Assembly: GCA_951406725.2 (NCBI GenBank)
Contig: OX597825.1
Location: forward strand, 56,420,001-56,484,000
Source of the DNA: Octopus vulgaris
Taxonomy: Eukaryota
Length of the DNA: 64,000 nt
Direction: 5' to 3'
A program made the translations under genes and the position numbers. The notes under the pieces were generated by a model, which was given only the letters and a program-made list of their open reading frames with translations, searched no databases and was not told the origin of the DNA. Positions within the stretch are counted from its first letter, which is position 1. Each line of letters opens with the position of its first letter. Positions 56,251 to 64,000 of this stretch are shown one piece after another.

Positions 56251-58221
56251 CTGCTTCTGATGTTGTTGCAACCGTAGTTGTTGTTGCTGTTGTCTTTTTT
56301 TCGTTGCTGTAGATGTCGTCATTGTTGTTGCGATTCTTGTCATCGTTCCTGTTGTGGTTGTTTAGCTCAGAGCCAGCTTTCATCCATCAGACTTATAATG
56401 AAAAACATTCCATCTGTGACCATCCAATTATTGCCTTCATTTGTTTGTTTGTTTTTATTTATTTTGTATTTTTGTATTGTTTTTGCTTGTTGTTTTTGTT
56501 GTTGTTCTTGTTTTCTCCAGCATGATTTAGGCATGATTTGCCTGCTATTTCTAGCAGGTCATACGATCACTCCATTATTAAATTGCTTTACCAAAGTGAT
56601 CCACCAAAATTGAAGCGTGTAACTTATAGAAAAGTACCCTAATGTAAATCATTAAAATCAGCCGATATTTTCTTCTCCAGTCTGTAACTCGGGCAAAAAT
56701 CAATGAGATATTAAAACAAAACTTATTTGACGAATAAGATTCATTTTTGACAGCAACGGTACACTGTTGTTCCAATGGAATCTTTTATCGGGTATTTACG
56801 CTCAGAAATTCTGGTCCATAATTTTACCAAATTCAATCCAGCAAAAGAACCCTTTTAAATTTCAGTTTCTCATTATCTCTACGAAGATTCTATTGTTGCA
56901 GTGGTTTCGTCCGGCTCATAACTGTCTCATTTACACTTAATTTATGGTTTTATATTAACTACTACATTACATAATCGCCATTACACTGCATCAGTAATGT
57001 CAATTTTCAAAGTCAAAATTGGTGGTGGACGAGTTGATGGCGCTTTGCTTTGTAAGGAAGAAATTTCACTTGGGGGCTGTGAAGAATGGATATACAGATA
57101 AATATACAATAAATGAATAAATAAATAAATTTTAATAGAGGGAGAGAGTGAGAACCCTGTCGATATATGATAAGGAAAGCAAAAGGGTCTGTCAACTGAA
57201 TGCAAATATCAATATGTCATCTAAACTCAATTCGACTTTAATTCACGGCAGACATATTTTTCAATATTTGTAAATTTCTATTGAGACTTTAGTTACTACT
57301 AAATTTAGTAGGAATATTTCTTTCTTTCTCTCTCTCTCTATCTTTCTCTCACTCTCTCTCTCTCATTCTCTCTATCTTTCTCTCACCCTTTCTCTCCCAC
57401 TCTCTCTTTCACACACACGCATACACCTATACCCTCTCCCTTATCTATCGCTTTCATTATATATGCGCCACTCATTCTCTTTCCTTTTTCATCTGCATCT
57501 CTCTCTCTCTCTCTCTTTCTCTCCCTAACATCTCTAGATTATCGATATTTTCAATATTATATTTATATTTCACACAATCCAACTAAAAGCCCAACTGTGT
57601 AATCTATTTATACTAATGCACAAATCTATAGATTTTAAGACTTCACTGGTTTTTCGGCAATTTCTGTGAATTAAGGTACGTGCGTATGTGTAGATTTTAT
57701 GTGTGCATGTCTGTTTCATATCTACGTATTCCATATACATGTGTTTGTGTGCGTGCGTGTGTATGTGTATGTGCGTGCGTATGTGTGTGCATGTGTGTAC
57801 GTATGTATGTGTAAAGGTATATCTAAAGTAGTATGGCAGGGAGCGGGGATTGATAACGTGGGCATATATGTGTACGTGGGTACTTCTATAAATCGATGTG
57901 TGTCGTATTGATGAGAAGAAAATAAACTCTGTTCGGCAGTGATAACAGAGGTTTAAGTGTCGAAACACCTTAAGTAGTTGTTATATTTATGGCGGCAGCT
58001 TAAGGTGATACTGTTGGATCATATAAAAAAAAAGACCTGCTAAGGTATTAGGGTTTGCATATTCCTTATTTACTTGCGGTTCGTCTTCGCTCTGCGACAC
58101 ACAGCCTGTGGTCAGAAAAGGTATGATATTCAAGGAATCATCTCTTTGGCGAACACAGATTAATGAATCAAATGAATAAATTTTCATGTATATGTATATA
58201 TATGTGCGGGGGGCGGTGTAC

Positions 58222-58299
<78 letters not shown>

Positions 58300-58300
58300 G

Positions 58301-58401
<101 letters not shown>

Positions 58402-58566
58402 TTATAAATACACGAGTTGTTTGAAAATTGAGCCCTAAGTTATATGGTAACTTATGCACCTGGGCCCAAATCAGCTAACAGCAGTTTTTCTCCAAAGATT
58501 TCCATAAGAAAGGATCCTAATCTTCTGGTCTTCTTATTAATGTAACTACCATTGTTTTGGCATCTA

Positions 58567-58609
<43 letters not shown>

Positions 58610-58669
58610 ACATTGACCTACATCAGTTTTGACTACAGCGAGACTGTACATTGCTCTGTACAGAATATA

Positions 58670-58678
58670 TCTATATAT

Positions 58679-58731
<53 letters not shown>

Positions 58732-59608
58732 TATATCAGTGTGTGTAAACCCGCAAACCTTCTGAAGTTTGCAACTGATTTTCTTGAAACTGGAGACTCT
58801 TAAATTTTTTCACATAATGTGTAATGGGGCCTCTGGGGCCAGAAAATCCCATTTCCTGGAATAAGCACTACTACTGTACAGAAAGAGGTACCTCTTTGAG
58901 ATGTAACTTTTCTTAACATTTGTTAAGATATTGATATATTTACTTTTTTATTGACACTTCATTATTAACGCACATTTGTCATCTTAGTTTATTACGTCAT
59001 ATTTCTTGACATAATGTCTCTAAAGAAGAGGTCCTCCATTGGTCGAAAAACAGAGGTAGAAAAATTGAAAAGAAGGAGAGCAAATGAATTGTTACATGTG
59101 ACTTAAAATCGACAATCACAGAATGCTGCATGTACAGCTTCTGCAAGAGCAATGGGAAGCGATGAGTAGCGTTAGTATTCACCTGGCCAGGAATGTTGCA
59201 TTAACAGCTTCAGCCAATCCCCACCCCTTACTACGTAATTTCTTTCATGTAGATTTCTTTCGTGTGGTGCTTTTGAGCGCACCTACAGGCTTAATTTATC
59301 ACATAGATATAGTTCCTATGTCTCCTGATTGTTCCACGTGGACAACCGCAAAAGAGAGTACATTTACTCAGAGCTTTTTCGTGCGCTCTAAAATGACAAT
59401 TGCCCCACCCATTTTTTTACAAGGTTAGGGCCTGGAATCATTAAAATGGACACATGACCTGTCACTTCGTCGAATAAACACTTCATTTATTCCACAAATA
59501 TTTTGTCGTCAATTTTGTACTTGCCTGTATCACATCTTTCAACTAAACTGTACCATATATACAGACTATGCCTTTTAAATGCCGGGCAACGCCGGGCATG
59601 TCTGCTAG
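58670..59608 (+). mobile_element. Non-autonomous Helitron
   Basis: A^TCTATAT... start (approximate); 3' hairpin ccgggcaacgccggg followed by CTAG^T. Confidence 0.7.
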
Positions 59609-60293
59609 TATATGTGTGTGTGTTTGTATGGGTGGATGTGTGTGTGTTATTTCAACAATGCCCATCCTTTCTTTTAATGTATTTTGTTTTACTAATTACT
59701 GCTCGATTCTTTAGATTGTGCTTCTTCTCTGATAAATGTTTTATTGACTATATATACATATATAATTATATATATACATATATATGTAAGTATATTTATA
59801 TGTATATACTTATACTCACACATGCAAACATACACACATACATATATATAAATATATATATAAGCACACGATCTTTGCTCATCGAAGTAATGCAAGTCTA
59901 GTTCTACTCATGCAGATTATGTATAAATAACAACAGTTAAGGATTGAGAACTATTGAAGACTGGTAGCAACCCTGATATCATAGGTTAGAAGTAAATCGC
60001 TGATATAATTAGAGAAGAGAATGGTATATGATCGTAACCAAACCGAATTACTGTATAGTTGAAGACTTTGTGAACAAGGATGGAATATTCTAATAGAAAC
60101 TCTGATGCAAAAAAAAGTCAATAATAGAACCGGAGATGTGAAAATTAATTAGGTCGTTCTGGTATCAGACATGGGTGAAATGTTTTCTGGTTTTGTCGAC
60201 AATACTGCACTTGCCTGTATTACATGTTTAACTATACCATATATACAAACTATGCCATTTAAAAATCCCGAGCAACGCCGGATATATCTGCTA

Positions 60294-60351
<58 letters not shown>

Positions 60352-60589
60352 GTATGTATACATACATATATGTATATACGTATGTTTCTTAACCCGAGGT
60401 GATCCTGCTTAGATCAGATATATTATCAGTTATTTTAACAATGCCCATCCTTTCTTTTCATGTTTTAATAATTACTGGTCTATTCTTTAGATTGTGCTTC
60501 TTTTCTGATAAATATTTTATTGTTTTATTGACTATATATACATATATATATGTATACATATATAAATATATATATACATATACATGTAA

Positions 60590-60659
<70 letters not shown>

Positions 60660-60671
60660 GCATACACAGAC

Positions 60672-60708
<37 letters not shown>

Positions 60709-61050
60709 AGTACACGTTCTTTGCTCATCAAATTAATGCGACTTATGCAGGTCATGTGTAAATAACAATAGTTAAGGATTGTGAACGATTGAAGACTGGT
60801 AGCAACCCTGATATCATAGGTTAGAAGTAAATCGCTGATATAATTAGAGAAGAGAAATGATATAAGACCGTAACGAAACGGAATTACTGTATATTCGAGG
60901 ACGTTGTAAACAGGGAACAGTTCTAATACACTCAAGGATGGAATATTCTAATAGCAACTCTGATGCAAGAAATGAGTCAATAATAGAACCAGAGGCGTGA
61001 AAATTAATTAGGTCGTTCTGGTATCAGACATGGGTGAAATATTTTCTGGT
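59530..61050 (+). repeat. Diverged tandem duplication containing the Helitron 3' terminus plus downstream flank
   Basis: About 59530-60190 repeats at about 60220-61050, including a second hairpin + CTAG (60291-60294) and the block ttgaagactggtagcaaccctgatatcataggttagaagtaaatcgctgata. Confidence 0.85.
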
Positions 61051-63126
61051 TTCCAAGGCAAGAACATTGCATTCACTTTCAATAATGACAGGAAGGTTAT
61101 AAGTGAATGAAAGGTCCTCTATGTGTACGTTCGACCTCATAGAAAAAGCAGCCATTTGTAATCATAAATTACTACACTATTTAATGTAGTATGGAATATA
61201 TTAAGCTGAGGTGGTCATATCTCAAACGTCACTGATCGTACGTTTATTTGGTCTGAATTGATATAAAGCTAAACAATAGGGTAAGAAGCTTTTAGTGTAT
61301 GTTGTAAAAAGGTTGGAAATTGTTTAACCCGAGGTGATCGTTCTTAGATCAAATATGTGATCAGTTATTTTAGTAATAGCCATCCATTCTTTTCATATAT
61401 TTTTTTTTTCCAAAATACATTATCAAAATACCTTTCATTTCACTGAAAGAAAAAAAAATGTTATTTGGGAGAAATTTAAGTTTTTCTAACATATGAAGCG
61501 CTAACGTTGAGGTTCCCTCATTAATCGAAGGAAGCAAGATGTACTTGGTTCAAAGACGTCTTCCTACGGTAATAGGAAGTTTACTGAAGTGGGTAAAGAT
61601 ACTTGTAACAAGATGGTAAAATAATACTAACAGGATGAATGAGTAGAACACAGTTGTTTATTATATATTCATTGTGAATTTAGAAAAAAGCACACCAGAT
61701 GCGAAGGTTCGATACAGCCAAATAGAAAGAATTAAAAATGAGTGTTCACTTCACAATATCAGTAGATGCAATTTTTTCTTTATACTATGGTTCTTGTGGT
61801 GTTTTTTCTTTTGTGGAAGGTTAATAGTATGGGATTTTTTCTTCCGTGTGGTGAGGAATGTTGATATATTGAAATGGTTAGTTAATGTTAGCGTACAAAT
61901 CGGCTAATAGAATCACTCGAAATTTTTGGCATGACAAAAGTTTCGATTGCAGTCATGGTTCGTTGCTCACGATTCAAACTATTAGCTTCAATTGTCTTTA
62001 CTTGTTGATCATATCTTGTCACCCAGACTTCTCACCGGACACACATCTCAGCTCGCTGCTAACTGAACGTATCAGTAGTTAGCCTTACCCTTCTTCATAT
62101 CACCGACACTTGGTTGATAACAAAATATCTTATTGGACAAATCTGGTCTCAGGTCAGCACTCATGCGAATTGTTTTAATCAGATTCCAAGAATTTTCATT
62201 CGTTTATTTTATTTTACAAAGAAAACTATTGGTCAGATTGCTGCTGGTATCGTTCAAAGTATTTGATGTATAGTTCATGGACGGCATTAGTTAGACTTTT
62301 CATGACGTCATCACTCAATTTGAAAAATATCTTATTTTGCTGTTTATTAATTCTTCCAACTGAAAAACAATCTAGGTCGATTTAGAAGCAGAGAGCTGTA
62401 ACATACACAAGGTGATTATTTACAAATGTTTTAATCGTTTTTCAGATGCTGAGAGTGGAATTAGACTGGCAATCGGCAGCGGTTCAAGGATTGGTTGTAC
62501 GTATTTCTGACGTTAGAATTCACTAAGGCGTCCTTTCATTAGACGGGTGAGTTGTAAATACATATGAAGGAAAGCGGTTGGGAGAGTTTGGAATAAATAG
62601 CCGACACGTATTACAACTCTTGAGAAGGTCGAAAGAGTCACTGAAAGTGTAAGGTGTTTTCCTTAGCTCAAATAACAGATTGTGCCTCAGTGCGGTATCA
62701 TAAAGGAAGATACAGAATGAAGTTTTTCTTTCATGTTATATTTATATTCTTTAAAAATACTAACTGCGCAATAATATTATCCACTTTAAAATTTTATTGA
62801 ATTTTTAAAAAAATTTTATAATCTACTGTTTAAACTATGTTTGACTTAGTGATGTGTGTGTATGTGAGCATGTGTGTGTGTGTGTATGTAGATTTGTGCA
62901 AATAGAGATAAAAAAGAGAAGAGAGTGAGAGAGCGAGAGAGAGAGAGAGAGAGAGAGTAGATAAAAGAAACGAGACAAAATATAGAGTTTGATGAACAAT
63001 ATTTCCCTGACGTAGCTGTCTCTTCGAATTCTATTATTTAAAACTAAATATACTCAACCACACATGCGCTCACAGACACACACGCACAGATGCACATAAT
63101 ATAACAGTGAATATATATGTATATGT

Positions 63127-63178
<52 letters not shown>

Positions 63179-63191
63179 ACATGTATGTATG

Positions 63192-63274
<83 letters not shown>

Positions 63275-63481
63275 GCATATATATATGTGTGTATGTGAGG
63301 TGTGTCTATATATATATATGTACATATCTATGTGTGCGTGTGTGTATACATATACATATATGTCTATACACACCTATACACGTATATAAATATATATATG
63401 CACTAAGTAAAGAGATTGGTATATGGTAAGGCAGAGGAGATGAGAGAGCGCTGAATAAGTAGATAAAACACAGATTATCAT

Positions 63482-63515
<34 letters not shown>

Positions 63516-63516
63516 G

Positions 63517-63580
<64 letters not shown>

Positions 63581-63961
63581 CATAGATAGATACATTGATA
63601 GATAGCGTATGAAAACCCATAAATTCTAGATCAAGGTAGCAAATCTCATCAAGAACCCCACTTAATATATACAAACACACATCAATACACACATGCTCGT
63701 ACACACTCACACACACACACACACTCACACACACACATATACACACACACACTGGCGCCAACCCTCACCATCACGATCAAACTTATAATCCCTTCCGTTA
63801 TTTTAAAGGGATCGATGCGAAAAAAATCAAAGACTCCTGAATATCTGCTAGTACGGTCGCGAGTGAGCGTGCGTATGTGTGTATGTGTGTATGCATATGC
63901 ATATATATATGTATATGTGTGTATATATATATATATACGTAGATATATATACATATATATG

Positions 63962-63995
<34 letters not shown>

Positions 63996-64000
63996 ACGTA

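Noticed and set aside
57905-57975. TTGATGA...hairpin...gtc-GAAA-cacct
   Set aside because: Possibly an old HHR, but stems I and III cannot be formed; not counted.
60098-60155. CTGATGC...GAAA-attaat-TA in both duplicated units (also about 60957-61015)
   Set aside because: Core mismatch at A9 and no stem II pairing.
62446-62546. Exon-like segment between ttttcag and gtgagt
   Set aside because: All three frames contain stops; no other evidence of a host gene. It could only be a non-coding exon.

Overview
Very AT-rich, microsatellite-saturated animal DNA with no credible host protein-coding exon. The SINE families and (TA)n/(GATA)n/(AAT)n/(TACA)n load suggest a cephalopod (Octopus) intron or intergenic region; this is inference. 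Almost all ORFs in the supplied track are translations of microsatellites. The recognisable content is decayed transposons: several Penelope-like elements (PLEs; RT + GIY-YIG), two CR1/L2-group LINE 3' ends, an R4/Dong-like RT fragment, two Tc1/maT-like copies, a deleted mariner, a FLYWCH-MULE relic, two hAT MITEs, two non-autonomous Helitrons and tRNA-derived SINEs. The main signal found by reading the sequence is about 17 type I hammerhead-ribozyme (HHR) motifs in at least 10 unrelated short non-coding repeats. Several of these repeats show the partial-tandem plus inverted-end architecture of PLEs. They include a tandem pair of intact HHRs 469 nt apart (retrozyme-like), a tRNA-headed SINE carrying an HHR, and families with recurrent non-canonical cores (CUGUNGA, CCGANGA). 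All folds were assigned by eye, none is tested, and element boundaries are approximate unless a TSD or terminal motif is given.
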